Positions 46,201 to 58,981 of a DNA stretch of 64,000 nt are shown piece by piece. How positions within the stretch are numbered: the first letter of the stretch is position 1; each line of letters starts with the position of its first letter. Source of the DNA: Podarcis vaucheri (taxonomy: Eukaryota); assembly GCA_965113315.1 (NCBI GenBank), contig OZ220375.1. One strand, given 5' to 3'. The notes beneath the pieces are model-generated. The model made no database searches and was not told the DNA's origin. It saw only the letters and a program-made list of their open reading frames with translations. The position numbers and the translations under genes are program-made.

Positions 46201-49200
46201 ATGTTTTTCTGGAATAAAACCAACTTTTAATTGACTGTTTGTGTACGCATCTTGCTGCTGCTACACCAAGCATATGATCTTGATTTATGCATCTTGGCTA
46301 GTTTGCTAGGGGTCAAATACCAAAAATACATCATTTTCATTTAATTTTATTTCCTGATTCAGCATACTGTAAACTTTAAATTCTGGTTCCATAACCTATC
46401 CCATACCACCAGTGGAAGTTAGAACCAAAATCTCTTCCCCAGTGTATCATCACTGGTGTTACCTGTTCATGTTTGGTATGCCATTCCAATAATAATTTAT
46501 ACATTTTAGAAAGTAATTTAATCTTATTTTCTAACAGTGCCATTTCAAATTGAGAGGTTTCATGTAAGAAAACTTTCTTTTTGTCCAACTTAAATATATC
46601 ATTGAGTTGATAGTATTGTAGCCAATCAGTTAATAATCCTCTTACATTTTCAAACCTCTTTAATTTCAACTCTTGAGCTATTCCCATTAATAGTTCTTTA
46701 TAATTTACTCAGTCATTTTTCTTTTTCTTTTCAAAGCTATCGATTCAAGTGGAGAGAGTCATAGTTGTGTTTATTGTTGTAATAATTTTTTATATTTCTC
46801 CCACACTTCATCCACCACTTTCCTTACTACATGGTTCAGAAAACCTTTGTGAATTTTGACCTTCTCATACCACAAATATGTGTGCCAACTGAATCTATCA
46901 ACATGACCTTCAAGCTCTAAAACATCAGTATTTTTTTAAAAATAATATCCATTCCTTTAACCAGCAAAGGCAGGGTGCCTCATAATATAATGTCAGAACT
47001 GGCAGGGAGAATCCACCTTTCTCTTTAGAATATATAAACAATTTATATTTTATACTTGGTTTCTTTATGCTTGTTATGCTTGCAAACCATAGCACAAAAA
47101 TGTTCATTCATTTCTTGTCTGTATGTTTTTCTCTTTTACTCAGATTCACCCATTGCTTCAAGGCATTTCCTTTAACAACTCAGCTGGAAAAACAGTGTTC
47201 TTTGATGAAAAAAGGGAATGGGGTAGTGGATTTGACATAATTAATATGATCATGTTCCCAAACAATTCCTTCCTTCGTGTGAAAGTTGGAAGGGTGGAGG
47301 ATGCCAGTTCGCTTGAAGCAAACAGATTCATCATAAATGAGGATGTAATTGTTTGGCACAAAGGTTATAACCAGGTGGGGATTCTAGAAAACTCTTAGGG
47401 ATGTAGACAGAGGGGATCGCTTCCCTGTCTGTATGGATGCATAATTTGGATGTGAATAATTCCTTTTGACTGCATATTTCTGCTTTGCATCTGTGATAGC
47501 ACTCATTCCTTGAAAACAAAGGAATTGTTGTTGATCAATATTGAGAACAATGACCTGAATGGATCTATGGCTGCATTGATTATGAGGGATAATCCCAAGC
47601 TAAAGACACTGGGTTGATTGACTGCTCATGGTTGTTGTTGTTGTTGTTTGTTGTTGTTTAATTTGAAGATAAGCACTTGCACAATGTAAAAATAAAATAA
47701 AAACACCCTTTGCCATCCTTTCCTGTTTAAGAGCAGGTGCCTCCCCTTTCTGTGTGTAATGAACACTGCCAGCCTGGTTATCAGAAGAAAACGAAGGAAG
47801 GAGAACAATTTTGCTGCTATGATTGTATTCCATGTCCAGAAGGGAAGGTTTCAAACCAGATTGGTAAGTGATTTGGTACATCAGTATCCCCATTGTACAG
47901 GGTTAGTTCCTTATGGGGTCAACTAATTGGCAATTTACAAGTGTTAAATAAGAATGGTGTGTAAATAAGTTTCTGCCTCAGAGGATTTCTCAGGAAGACT
48001 TTCAACAAAGCGGCAGTCAAATGCATCGTAATAAGGGAGTGACCTCCATAGCACTGAGCATGATCTAATTACCATATTTTTCACTGTATAAGACACACTT
48101 TTTCTTTCCTAAAAAGTAAGGGGAAATGTGTGTGCATCTTATGGAGCGAATGCAGGCTGCGCAGCCCATGATCAGGGATAGCCGCACGAAGCAGCGGAAA
48201 TGTTGCTCCTGCTGTAATCCCTCTTGCTGTTCTGGCTTCAGAAATAGCCTCTTTAACAACATTTGATTCAGAATATATATTTTTTCTTGTTTTCCTCCTC
48301 TAAAAACTAGGTGTGTCTTATGGTTGGTTGCGTCTTATAGAGCGAAAAATACGGTACCCAAGATATACTAAGCAACTAGAAGCAAAAGAAGAATTGAATA
48401 GATGTTAAGTGGCATTGTTATATGACCATCAGCTCATTTGGATTTAACAACAATTTGATCATCCAGTTCTATATATTTCCATGTTTCTTTCAGATATTGA
48501 TGACTGTTTCAGTTGCCCAGAGGAAGAGCATGCAAGCAAAGACAGAAGTGAATGCATACCTAAGACAATAACCTTTCTATCTTACCAAGAGCTTTTAGGG
48601 ATTAGTTTAGCCATGATTGCTGTTTTCTTTTCCCTGATCTCAGCCTGGGTGTTGGGAACTTTTATTAAGCACAGAGATACGCCCATAGTCAAAGCCAACA
48701 ACCGGGACCTCACGTACATGCTGCTCATCTCCCTCCTGCTCTGCTTCCTCTCTACATTGCTGTTTCTTGGAAGACCTAACACAGTGACCTGCCTCCTCCG
48801 ACAACCAACTTTTGGCATCGTCTTCTCAATGGCTGTTTCTTGTGTGTTGGCGAAAACCATCACAGTGGTTGTAGCTTTCATGGCTACCAAACCAGGGTCC
48901 AAGATGAGGAAGTGGGTGGGGAAAAAACTGAGCAACTCCATTGTCCTCTCCTGCACTGTTATCCAAGGAAGTGTTTGTACTGTATGGCTGACCACTGCTC
49001 CCTCATTCCCTGATTTAGATATGAAGTCTGTAGCAGAGGAAATCATTGTGCAATGTAATGAAGGCTCCGTTGCAATGTTTTACTGTGTCCTGGGCTATTT
49101 GGGACTCTTGGCTATTGCCAGCTTCATTGTGGCATTCTTAGCCCGCAATTTACCAGATACTTTTAATGAAGCCAAGTTCATTACATTCAGCATGTTGCTC

Positions 49201-49395
49201 TTTTGCAGTGTTTGGTTGTCCTTTGTTCCAACCTATCTGAGCACCAAAGGGAAGTATATGGTAGTGGTGGAGATCTTCTCCATCCTGTCCTCCAGTGCTG
49301 GCTTATTGGGCTGCATCTTTGCCCCTAAATGCTACATTATAATGCTGAGGCCTCAGATGAATAGCAAGGAGCAACTCATAAGGAGAAAGAATTGA
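40059..49395 (+). CDS. V2R gene E, intact, ~880 aa: join(40059..40285,41025..41316,43579..44442,47144..47374,47737..47863,48494..49395)
   Basis: Exon sizes 227/292/864/231/127/902, GT-AG; alternative in-frame ATGs at 40068 and 40071. Confidence 0.92.
41025..41316 (+). CDS. V2R gene E exon 2
   Basis: tttcag|[14 protein letters not shown]|gtaaga; 292 nt. Confidence 0.94.
41328..42913. repeat. Local duplication in E intron 2: direct repeat 41328-41452 / 41970-42094 and inverted repeat ~41478-41962 / ~42447-42913
   Basis: Read directly by alignment; copies diverged by roughly 10 percent (eye estimate). Confidence 0.88.
42914..43542 (-). mobile_element. Probable L1 5' UTR/ORF1 fragment
   Basis: Minus strand starts gggtagagggcacatggCCAAGATGAcc (L1-like 5' end with YY1-type motif), followed by A-rich coiled-coil-like coding remnants. 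Confidence 0.45.
43579..44442 (+). CDS. V2R gene E exon 3
   Basis: tcctag|[12 protein letters not shown]|gtaatg; 864 nt. Confidence 0.95.
44618..44980 (+). mobile_element. Sauria SINE, full length
   Basis: Head ggacgtgggtggcgctgtggg..ggttcgaatccc, (ACCTTT)n tail, TSD taccactgt; CpG-rich, so young. Confidence 0.9.
45255..47080 (-). mobile_element. L1 LINE 3' fragment in E intron 3 (antisense to host), split by a solo LTR
   Basis: Minus strand [27 protein letters not shown]; [15 protein letters not shown]; 3' UTR with gggaggagggaagtc. Confidence 0.82.
45841..46272 (+). mobile_element. Solo LTR (Gypsy-like) nested in L1
   Basis: TG...CA termini, AATAAA near 46213, approximate 4-bp TSD CATG/TATG. 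Confidence 0.65.
47144..47374 (+). CDS. V2R gene E exon 4
   Basis: actcag|[19 protein letters not shown]|gtgggg; 231 nt. Confidence 0.93.
47737..47863 (+). CDS. V2R gene E exon 5 (Cys-rich)
   Basis: gagcag|[43 protein letters not shown]|gtaagt; 127 nt. Confidence 0.93.
48072..48354. mobile_element. Tc1/mariner-superfamily (Tc2/pogo-like) MITE
   Basis: TIRs CC(A/G)TATTTTTC..TATAAGAC / GTCTTATAGAGCGAAAAATACGG, TA flanks. Confidence 0.85.
48494..49395 (+). CDS. V2R gene E exon 6 (7TM)
   Basis: tttcag|AT; 902 nt open to TGA. Confidence 0.95.
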
Positions 49396-49702
49396 AGGAT
49401 TTTACTGTGTATCCCATTGTATCCTGTATGTGTAAAGCTCAAGTGGCTTAGGATGCAAGAGCCTACTGTAACATTATATATATTTAATGTTGAGAGTCCC
49501 TGCTTAGTTTCATTTGGTGCCCTAAATTCATTTGAAGCAACTAGTGATGGGCAGCAAATTCAATTAAATTTGCATTTTAATATTTTTTTAAAAAAAATCA
49601 TGCTTCCTGAAACATTACACAAAACAGAACACAGTTTTCTTTCCAAATTGTGTCTTTCTTGTTTTTTTCCATGCAGCTCTCGCAGCAATTAATTTGCCGA
49701 TT

Positions 49703-49855
49703 GGTACCACTCCGGTGGTAAGGTAAACAGCATTTCCGTGTGCTGCTCTGGTTCGCCAGAAGCGGCTTAGTGATGATGGGCACATGACCCGGAAGCTGTC
49801 TGTGGAAAAACGCCGGCTCCTCGGCCTGTAGAGCTGAGATGAGAACCCACCACAG
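49703..49855 (+). mobile_element. Sauria SINE internal fragment
   Basis: ggtaccac..aggtaaacagc..ttccgtgtgctg..cgccaga..tgacccggaag matches 44779-44920. Confidence 0.75.
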
Positions 49856-50693
49856 TTTTGTCTTGGCATGGAGACAGGCCAGGTTGAACAGACCTCTGTC
49901 ACTTCTTGATCTACAGCCATGTTATTGATTCATTGGGGTGTGGGTGGGTGTTGCCTAGTGGTTCAATACAGGGTTACCCCTATGCATTTTCTTTTATTCT
50001 TTTGCCCCTTGAACTATGAGCCAAAGTGGTGGCATATCTGGTTGGCTGCCATTGCAGCATTGCCCTCCTTGCTACAGTGATGCTGCTGAACTCTAGGTCA
50101 GAATGCCGCAGGAGTAGTGGAGAAGGCAAGGGGGGGCGACACATTATTCCCTTATTTTGAAATTAAATATGATGAATTTATGCGTATTTCCAGGCAATTT
50201 CCCACACACATCAAATTGATACCCTCATGGTAATTTATTTGAATTATTTATATGGCATCTATACCAAAGATTTTTCAGCATGGCTAAGTAAATAAAAGGA
50301 GCAAGCTAGAAACAAAATAAATAATACAGTAGATACTCCATTTCACACCAGATTCTTGGCACTAAGATTAAATCAAGAATCACTGCTCCTTTTCCTTATT
50401 TCACACCTGTTGTTTTCTTTAGCTGAAAATGTGGTGCACAGAGAAATTGTAGGCATGAATTCCCTTGATAATACTTGAGTTTGATAATAGCTTTGATTAT
50501 TAGTTTTTAGCTGGGATGTTTCGTGTGTCCAAAGACAATGACTTAACTCTTGTTCCACTCGTCTGCTGTTCACAATGGAAAACTCTAAACCATCTGGCAC
50601 TGAGGAGCAGAGGAGACTCATGGTCAGATCTGGGAATGGGACAGAGAAAAGAACTGTTCATTACCAAAGGTGCTACTCAGGGCCAAAACTCTG

Positions 50694-50850
50694 AAGAAGT
50701 AATTATCTCTCCCTCCAATGATCCAAATATCTATAATTTGTTCCCATAATAAAAGCTGCACATGCTTTCCAGAAGGCACAAGAGAACAGATGAGAATAAA
50801 ATCCAAAAATGGTTTAAAGCTCCTGTGCCACGGAGAGCTGGGAATAGAGG
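50694..50850 (+). promoter_or_regulatory. Putative proximal promoter module of gene F
   Basis: agaagtaattatct..ctataatttgttccc..gctttccagaaggca..gagagctgggaatag, homologous to the D and E blocks. Confidence 0.4.
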
Positions 50851-51060
50851 CAAGAGGCAGGCAGGGATCTGTCAGTTTCATTTCTGAAATTCCAAGTTGT
50901 TTTCATGTACTTTGTCCGAATCAGAGGGTGGGCCATCACAATTACTAAATGCCTGAATTTCTAATCCTTCTATGGAAAAGTAGGACCGGTACATTTCAAG
51001 TCTGCATTCTGATGTGGTTGGACACAAAACAGTCTACATTTACAGAAACAGATTGGCCAG

Positions 51061-51275
51061 ATGTTGTGGTTATTGGTGTTGTTATTTCTTTTTATTCCTG
51101 TTGTGCACAAAGTAGATACCATGAAGTGCCCTATAAATGATCCCATCGCTGTTCCACAGGAGTGGTACCAGCCAGGTCACCTTCTGATTGGTGGCATTGT
51201 TGGTCATATTTTTTACATTTTCTTTGAAGCTTTCTTCAAGGAAAACCCATCGCAGAATGTGTTTGAGTTTCCGAT
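51061..51275 (+). CDS. V2R gene F exon 1
   Basis: MLWLLVLLFLFIPVV..QEWYQPGHLLIGGI..FP AT|gtaagg; 215 nt. Confidence 0.8.
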
Positions 51276-52481
51276 GTAAGGACCCTTTCTCCCTCTCCAT
51301 CTTCTGGGCTTTTTTTTAATGCACAATTGACAGAAAAGATATTGGTCCTCTGTAGGGAATTCCTCCTCCTCCTTTGAGTCTTTTGCATTGCACTAAGCAT
51401 GCAACAGCTCAGTAAAATTATGTGTATTCAGAAACATTTTATTCATGTTGAATCCAACTCTCCTTTTCCACAAACCATGCAACATTTATAACAATCTCTT
51501 TAAGTGCAATTTCTCTCTTCCAGAACCCTAGTCTCAAGCTCCACTTATAACTGAAATCTTAAGAGGCTTATAAGGCAACAGTTTAGCATTTCAAAATCAG
51601 AATTAACTTTTCTCACTGTCACCATTAGAAATTAATACCAACACAGTACATATCTATTCAGAAAGTTGAATGAGTCTTGCTTGCTGATAGATTAATGTAG
51701 AATTACAATCCAACAGTACATTTCTAACCATGTCTAATGAGAAGTAAGTCCTATTCAATTTCAGGAGGTTACACTCAGGTAAATTGGGCTATGATTTCAG
51801 CTTGAGTATCCATGTATAAGAAATTAGTGTGGTATAAAGTTCCATGGGCCAAAGCACACTTTATTATTTATTCAATAAAATTTATACACGACTTGATGGC
51901 AGAAAACCTCAAAGATAAGACAATAACACCCAGAAAAAAATTCATAATACTTCTTTAAAACAAACAAGAGGTAAAAAACTAAAACAGAAAAAAATTACCT
52001 CAGTTTTCTAAGCATCTGAGTAGGCATGCCTAAATAAGAATGCTTTTAGCCGGCCTTGGAAAAGGTAAAATAAAGGTGCTTGCTTGATCTCAATAGGCAG
52101 CAAGTTCTGAAGTGAAGGTGCAGCCACACTAAATGGCTGAGTTCTTACAAATGTGGAACAGGTATTTTGTAGTACCTGTAGTAGTGTCAACTTTATCAGG
52201 TATTTGTGTATTTTGTCCCCCCAAAGTGAGTTGAAAAAGTTATGCAAGTGTGGCTGTAGTGGTGTTGAAGCACTATACAGATCCCAAATGCCCTCATAGC
52301 ATACATAAAATGCATAATATATATCTGTAATGACAAGTATAGTGTCTATTAGCCAGAAATATTGATTATAAACCACAAGATTTCCCAGTAAACTAAATCA
52401 GGGAAAGAAATAACCATTGTCAGTTTCATGCATCACAGTATTCTCGTTTGAAACTGTAAATTAATTCACTTCATCCTGCAG

Positions 52482-52773
52482 TCTGGCGACAAAATTCTAC
52501 CAGCATGTCCTTGCTTTGGCGTTTGCTGTGAAAGAGATAAACGAGAATCCCCAAATCTTGCCCAATGCCACTCTTGGATTTCATATCTATGACAGCTATT
52601 ATGATGCAAGGATGACTTATCGGGCCACTCTGGACCTGCTCTTCAAATCCTGTAGTTTTGTCCCCAACTACAAATGTGATTCCCAGAAAAACCTCATAGC
52701 CATCATTGGGGGGCTTGGCTCAGATACTTCTTCTCATATGAGTGATGTTGTAATTCTTTACAAGATTCCTCAG
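52482..52773 (+). CDS. V2R gene F exon 2
   Basis: ctgcag|[29 protein letters not shown]|gtagga; 292 nt. Confidence 0.85.
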
Positions 52774-53315
52774 GTAGGATCTACGAATAGGGACATTTTC
52801 ACAAATTACACCCTTTTCTTGATATTCTGGATGTTATTTTGAGCTTTAGCAAGAGGTTATGATTGTGGCTCAAACCTAACAATATTATTGGTCATGTTGG
52901 TGGATGGTTTCCAAATTTGTAAACAGGGGCTTAGCTTGTTCTTTCTCCAGATGAATTATCTCTGAAACATCAGATACACTGTGTTGTGTTTTCAGTTTCT
53001 GTCAGCACAAGCTCGGCATAAGTGTCATGAGTAACACTGAGAACTCTTTAGCACCAGCTAAAGATAGCCTTGATTATTTTTTGTTCTGGTAACCTCCTAG
53101 ATACTTTAAAGCAAATCAATGCACAAATGTGCTATACAAAGGAAAGCTTGAGGAATTCTGTCACTGTAAATAACAGAAAAAATATGGCCTGGATAACACC
53201 TTTCAAAGCTAATGTGCTGATCGGAACTTAGATATCCACTGCATTTTGCACTTCTCTGAATGTTGTGATGCTGCTGTGATGTAGTTTAACCATATTAAAA
53301 TATTCATCTACATAG

Positions 53316-53661
53316 GTAAAGGTAAAGGGACCATTAGGTCCAGTCGTGACCGACTCTGGTGTTGCGGCACTCATCTCGCTTTATTGGCCGAGGGAGCCGG
53401 TGTACAGCTTCCGGGTCATGTGGCCAGCATGACTAAGCTGCTTCTGGCTTACCAGAGCAGCACACGGAAATGCCGTTTACCTTCCCGCCGGAGCAGTACC
53501 TATTTATCTACTTGCAGTTTGATATGCTTTTGAACTGCTAGGTTGGCAGGAGCAGGGACCGAGCAACAGGAGCTCACCCCGTTGCAGGGATTTGAACCGC
53601 CGACCTTCTGATTGGCAAGTCCTAGGCTCTGTGGTTTAACCCACAGCGCCACCCGCGTCCC
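53316..53661 (-). mobile_element. Sauria SINE, full length
   Basis: Reverse complement of the 44618 family; 15-bp TSD TATTCATCTACATAG (53301-15, 53663-77). Confidence 0.9.
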
Positions 53662-53857
53662 TTATTCATCTACATAGTAGCATGTGATAAAGTATATAAA
53701 TTTTCTATATGTATTTTGAGGGAAAGCACACATTTAAATTTCTGATACTTAATCCTGACAACATTGGTGACACTTTCATCCAAATATCGTAATGACTTTA
53801 CCCAATGGCTTCATATTTTGAAACTTATCTATATAATAACTCTAAATTTCCTTTCAG

Positions 53858-54696
53858 TTCACATATGGCTCGTTTCCCCCAGAGAAAAGCGCTAGTAATA
53901 AGGTCACTTCCTTTTACCATATGGTCCCCAATGAAACCCATCAGTATAAGGGATTATCCTCCTGCTTAAGCATTTTGGATGGACGTGGATTGGGCTTTTT
54001 GCTGTGAATAATGACCGTGGAGAATATTTTTTACAGACCCTTGAGCCTTTGCTTTCTCAAAACAGAATTTGCTCAGCATTCACACAAAGAGTTCCACAAC
54101 TTCCTCGTTTTGATAAATGGGGTGACCTGTATGCTATGCTGAAAAGCTTTTATGCAAGCTGTACAGATGTTAAAGCCAATACATTTATTCTCTACGGAGA
54201 TGTTTTAACAATTATGTGGGTGAGATTTCTTTTATTCGCACGAGATCCTGGGAAGGTGTGGATCATGACGACCCAAATTGATTTAACGTTATCAAGCTTG
54301 CAAAGGAACTGGGATCTTCAGCCTTTCCAAGGTGCCATTTCTTTCACAATACATTCGGAAGATATCCCAGGATTCAAGGAATTTCTTCAGAGCAGGAAAC
54401 CTTACTGGGACCAGGGAAATGGCTTTGTCAAGAACTTTTGGGAGCAAGCATTTGACTGCATCTTTCCAAAACCTGGAGTGTCAATGGAGGTGCATGAAAC
54501 ATGTACTGGAGAGGAGAGGTTGGAGACCCTTCCTTGGCCTCAGTTTGAAATGGGTATGACTGGCCACAGCTACAGTATCTACAATGCTGTCTTTGCTGTG
54601 GCTCATGCCTTGCATGCTATTTACTCACTTAGATCCAAGCGCAGAGCAGAGATTGGCAGCAAAAGATATGAACTTCAAAGTCTGCAGCCTTGGCAG
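53858..54696 (+). pseudogene. V2R gene F exon 3 (frameshifted)
   Basis: FTYGSFPP..MVPNETHQYK, then -1 shift; downstream frame 54004-54696 reads ..QPWQ|gtaata; 839 nt = 864-24-1. Confidence 0.85.
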
Positions 54697-55101
54697 GTAA
54701 TACCTTGAAAAGAAATTCTCTTAGGTCAGTTAGCTGATGAGTAGGTGATACTGTTAAAAGATTCACACTCACAAATAGTTGCTGAAATGGTATGGTACAT
54801 TTTATTCCCTGGAGGATTTTTCTGGGTTCACATATTCCTCCTGGATGTTTAGAATGAACAGAACATTCATATTCTAATTCTGTTTTTATATTTTCTCTCT
54901 CCATATATTGTATCAAATTAGCTTCCCTTTCCAAATTTGATGCTTTTTGTATGAAACTCTCTTAAAATAGCATAGTATATATTTGTTATATGTGTTATTT
55001 AGCAAATTATCTTTGTTAAAAGTAATATATAAAAAATGAGTGCCAATTGTGGATTCATTTCTATATTTTGCTCCACAATGCTTCATGTTCCCAAATGACT
55101 A

Positions 55102-55258
55102 CAGTGGTACCTTGGTTCTTGAACGTAATCCATTCCTGGAGTCTGTTCAACTCCCAAAACCATTCAAAACCAAGGTGCAGCTTCCAATTGGCTGCAGGAC
55201 CTTCCTGCACTCAAGCGGAGCCGATTTGTTGGGCAATTGGGGAACCAAGGTTTGACTG
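55102..55258. mobile_element. Tc1/pogo-like MITE (internally deleted)
   Basis: TA-CAGTGGTACCTTGGTTC...GAACCAAGGTTTGACTG-TA. Confidence 0.75.
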
Positions 55259-55433
55259 TACAAGATTCTTGTGCTAGCTTGGTTTATTCTGAGCAGAAAT
55301 CAGTTTGCTTTGAGGCACAAACCACCAACAAACTACCAGATCCACCCTCAGCATTTATATCACAGCATACATGGTTCTTCCGTTTAATTTCCACTATGTT
55401 GCTACGTCTTCGTGTCTTTTGTCTTTCCAATAG

Positions 55434-55659
55434 CTCCATCCATTTATTCAAGCTGTCTCTTTTAACAACTGTGCTGGGGACTCAATCTTCTTCATGACAA
55501 AAGGAAAGCAGGGAATGGATTTGACATTGTGAACATGGTCACATCCCAAACAAGTCTGTCTTTCGGGTGAAAATTGGAAGGGTGGATCTTGAGGCCTCTG
55601 AAGAGAAAGCATTCATCCTTAATGAAGATCTAATTGTGTGGCATGCAAGTTTTAATCAG
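55434..55659 (+). pseudogene. V2R gene F exon 4 (two frameshifts)
   Basis: aatag|LHPFIQAVSFNNCAGDSIFF / GFDIVNMVT / PNKSVFRVKIGRVD..SFNQ|gtatgg; 226 nt. Confidence 0.85.
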
Positions 55660-56529
55660 GTATGGATTCTGCCAGATTCTTTGGGGGGTCCCTATGTTCT
55701 TCAGATGGGTCATGCCCTATTGGATAGGGTTATAATTTGAATGTGGCTACCAAGCACATTCAAATATAGATGAAGCATTGAACTGACAAAACTTCCACAG
55801 GTTTCTGTAGAAGTGAGACCTGAATAGGATTAAGTATAAACCGTTATAAAAACATGACTTTGTGGGAAACTGATAAAATCACCCACCAGTCAATGATCTC
55901 ATTTTTTGTTGGAAAGGGCCCCTAGGTTAGTTGCAACACAATGGATTGCATTGAGAAGTTTCTTAGGTCTAATCTCTTCCATCTCCAACAAGTAGGATAA
56001 GAAAGAAGAAACCTTTATGTGGGTTGAGGGACCAATGGTAAGTGTCTGGCTAGGTGGACACAGATCCATTCACCATTCTCCTACTCATCTGACCCAGCAG
56101 AAAGTAAATCAGCTGGGTCAGAGTTCTTATCAGGATATGACATGGTCAGATAGATAGATTCCTACTCTTCTTATGCCAACATATCATGAGGCAAATACTC
56201 TGGGATGAAGCCAGTAAGTGGATGGACAGTCTGGGAGAAAGGAAGCATGGAACTGGATAGTTTGGCGAAGGTTTCTTGGCTAAAGGAAGGAGAGAACCTA
56301 CCTTTGAATATGTTTTTATACATTGCTTCTCAGCCCAGCCTACTTCACAGGGTTGTCTGTTGTTGAGATTAAATGAAGACGGAAATAACCACATGAACTC
56401 CTTGCAGAACGGGGGGGGGGGGTAATAAATGCAAGGAATAAATAAACGTTGGAAAATCAGTTGTGGTTTTATTTTGGTTTTTAAAAATAATATTTACTCT
56501 TTCCACAAACTTTTCCTTTTAATGGATAG

Positions 56530-56595
56530 ACAAATCCCTTTCCGTATGCAATGAATGGTGTCTCCCTGGTCAACAAAAGAAGAGGAAGGAATTGG
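56530..56595 (+). pseudogene. V2R gene F exon 5, 5' part (remainder in gap)
   Basis: ..LSVCNEWCLPGQQKKRKEL, one base out of frame with the ggatag acceptor. Confidence 0.7.
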
Positions 56596-56795
56596 NNNNN
56601 NNNNNNNNNNNNNNNNNNNNNNNNNNNNNNNNNNNNNNNNNNNNNNNNNNNNNNNNNNNNNNNNNNNNNNNNNNNNNNNNNNNNNNNNNNNNNNNNNNNN
56701 NNNNNNNNNNNNNNNNNNNNNNNNNNNNNNNNNNNNNNNNNNNNNNNNNNNNNNNNNNNNNNNNNNNNNNNNNNNNNNNNNNNNNNNNNNNNNNN
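56596..56795. other. Assembly gap (200 N)
   Basis: Run of N. Confidence 1.
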
Positions 56796-57082
56796 ATTTC
56801 TCTACTGTCTTCCAATATCTTCCAGGTCCTCCTGTAACTACTGTCATCAGAAGGTCCATTCTATACAGTATAGGAATTGGTTTTAAGTATAGTGGTCCCT
56901 AACCTTTGATACATTACAATCACCATAGATATTGCCTTTTTGGTGCTGATTGAAGAGCTGTATTTTTAACTAAGCTTTTCAGTTGGAATTGGGGGGGGGG
57001 GGAATCTGTCTGTATCTGTACAGATCTGATTTTTTAAAATGTGTGTGAAACTGATCTAATTATTTTCATGAACTGTCAGATC

Positions 57083-57301
57083 TCAGTTGTCGAACGTTAT
57101 CCTTTCCGGAAGCCCATTCGGCTTCTGAAATGTTTGACATGGAGGTGCAGCTTCCAACTGGCTGCAAGAGATTCCTGCACTCAAGCGGAAACCACGTCAG
57201 ATATTCGGCTTCCAAAAACATTCGAAAACCAGAGCATTACTTCTGGGTTTCAGGAGCTGAAACATTCAAAACAGAGCTGTTCGTGAACCGAGGTTTGACT
57301 G
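57083..57301. mobile_element. Tc1/pogo-like MITE, same family as 55102-55258
   Basis: Shared core aggtgcagcttccaa..ggctgca..ttcctgcactcaagcgga; right end GAGGTTTGACTG-TA. Confidence 0.65.
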
Positions 57302-57925
57302 TATTAAATTGTTATAATTATACTTATTGTTAGTGGTTTTATTGTTAAATTCATTTGAGGTATTTATGGGAAGTGATTCATAACTGGAATTAAATAAATG
57401 CAACGAATGCAATTCTCAAGGAAGTCTTTAAGGATGAATAAAGCGGCAGTCCTAAATAAAGCCCCACTCACTTCAGAATGAGTTACTTGTACATATATAC
57501 TTCAAAATATCATAGGGACAAATATAGTTAAAGTGGTTCAAGCACAGTTCTGATTAATTCAGAAGATAAACATTGCTGATGCTTTTGGATTATTTTTACA
57601 AGAATAATTGTAGCAAATGATAAAGATGTGGCAGTAGGAGAGGAGAAGTAAGCTGGACCAATTGCAAAGCAGGTAAAACTACCACATTCCTGCTTTGCCT
57701 TGCTACTGCTTCCCCCTGAAGGGAGAGAAGAGATGCTAGACCATCCCTGGACCCACTGATCTGATTTGCTGGCCTGACACCAGACGTTTGGGTGGCGTGG
57801 GAGTTTAAAGGGGGGGGAATAGTTGTTTATCTGCTAATCCATGAACAGGAGTAATATTTGCTTATCATTTGGGTATAGTTAATATTGTTTGTTATCATTT
57901 ATATGCTGGGTGTGTTGTTTTTGCG

Positions 57926-58726
57926 TGTCGAGGTCCCCAAGCCACCCCCCAAATAACTCACAACGCACACTTAATTTTTGTTTAAGGTTTTTGGGATAAT
58001 TTTGGCCACAACTTTATTTAAATACAAAACCGCGAGTGGTTGTTTAGGCATTGGTTAAGACTATCTGTCCCCCCGCCTGGGGACAGAACTGACTTCCGGG
58101 CACCACCGAAAGACAGTGCGGGGGAAAGCAAGTCAGGGAGAAATGGAGCTGAGTCACAGACCCTCAACTCTCACCCGCATGCTCCCCGAAGGCTTGCCGG
58201 CCCTAGTCCCATTCCAGGGATTGGACGAAAAGATGGCAAGCCCCAGGATTCCTTTAATGGAACTCCCTTTCCGCAGCAACCATGGAGGGGCAGGCCCAGC
58301 CTATCCTAACCCCTCCTCAACCAATTTATAACCAATGCCTAACCGCAACCTTACAAGTTGTGACGATTTGCTACGCAGTAGGCAAAAACCAAATGGCCCA
58401 GCCAATCAGCCAGATGGACAAAATTCCTACCAGGCCCCTGCCCCAACGGCAGACGACCCCATGATAGGCATAGCAAGGTCAATGCAACAACCCCTTACTC
58501 AAGGGCGGGTGGGCGGGTGATCCGTTGCACGCAGCAAAGAGAAAGCTCCAGGCTGCGTGCAGAGTATTTAAACATTTTACCCCTCCCACCAAAATTGCAA
58601 CATAACTTTTACCCCAGCAACCCAGTGAACCAATCACTGCCCCAGGCCATCTTTAGAGACCCTGCCTGGTAACAGAGGGGTGGCTCAGCAGACCCCACCG
58701 CAACACGTGCTCTCCATGAAGGAGAA
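57926..58726 (-). mobile_element. LTR-like / DIRS(Ngaro)-like repeat, copy 2 of 3
   Basis: Reverse complement shares AATAAAGTTGTGGCC, ggtaggaatttt, ggtttttgcctac and the ..ggggacctcgaca end. Confidence 0.65.
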
Positions 58727-58981
58727 CACGCTTTGTTTTTTCATAAGTGGTATGTTAGCAATATATTAACGTATTATATGATTAGCCCTTTTTTATTCCC
58801 TTATGGTGTTATGTGTGTATGTACATTGTAATCCACTTGGTACTGGCTTTCCGTAAAGAAGATTCCCGTGTTCCTATTTTCTTAGGATGACTGGTTTGCT
58901 TGGAACACGAACAATAACTTCCATAGGGAGGCACATAATTGTTCACAAGTCACTGAAGTTCAACCTATTCCTACTTTTCAG

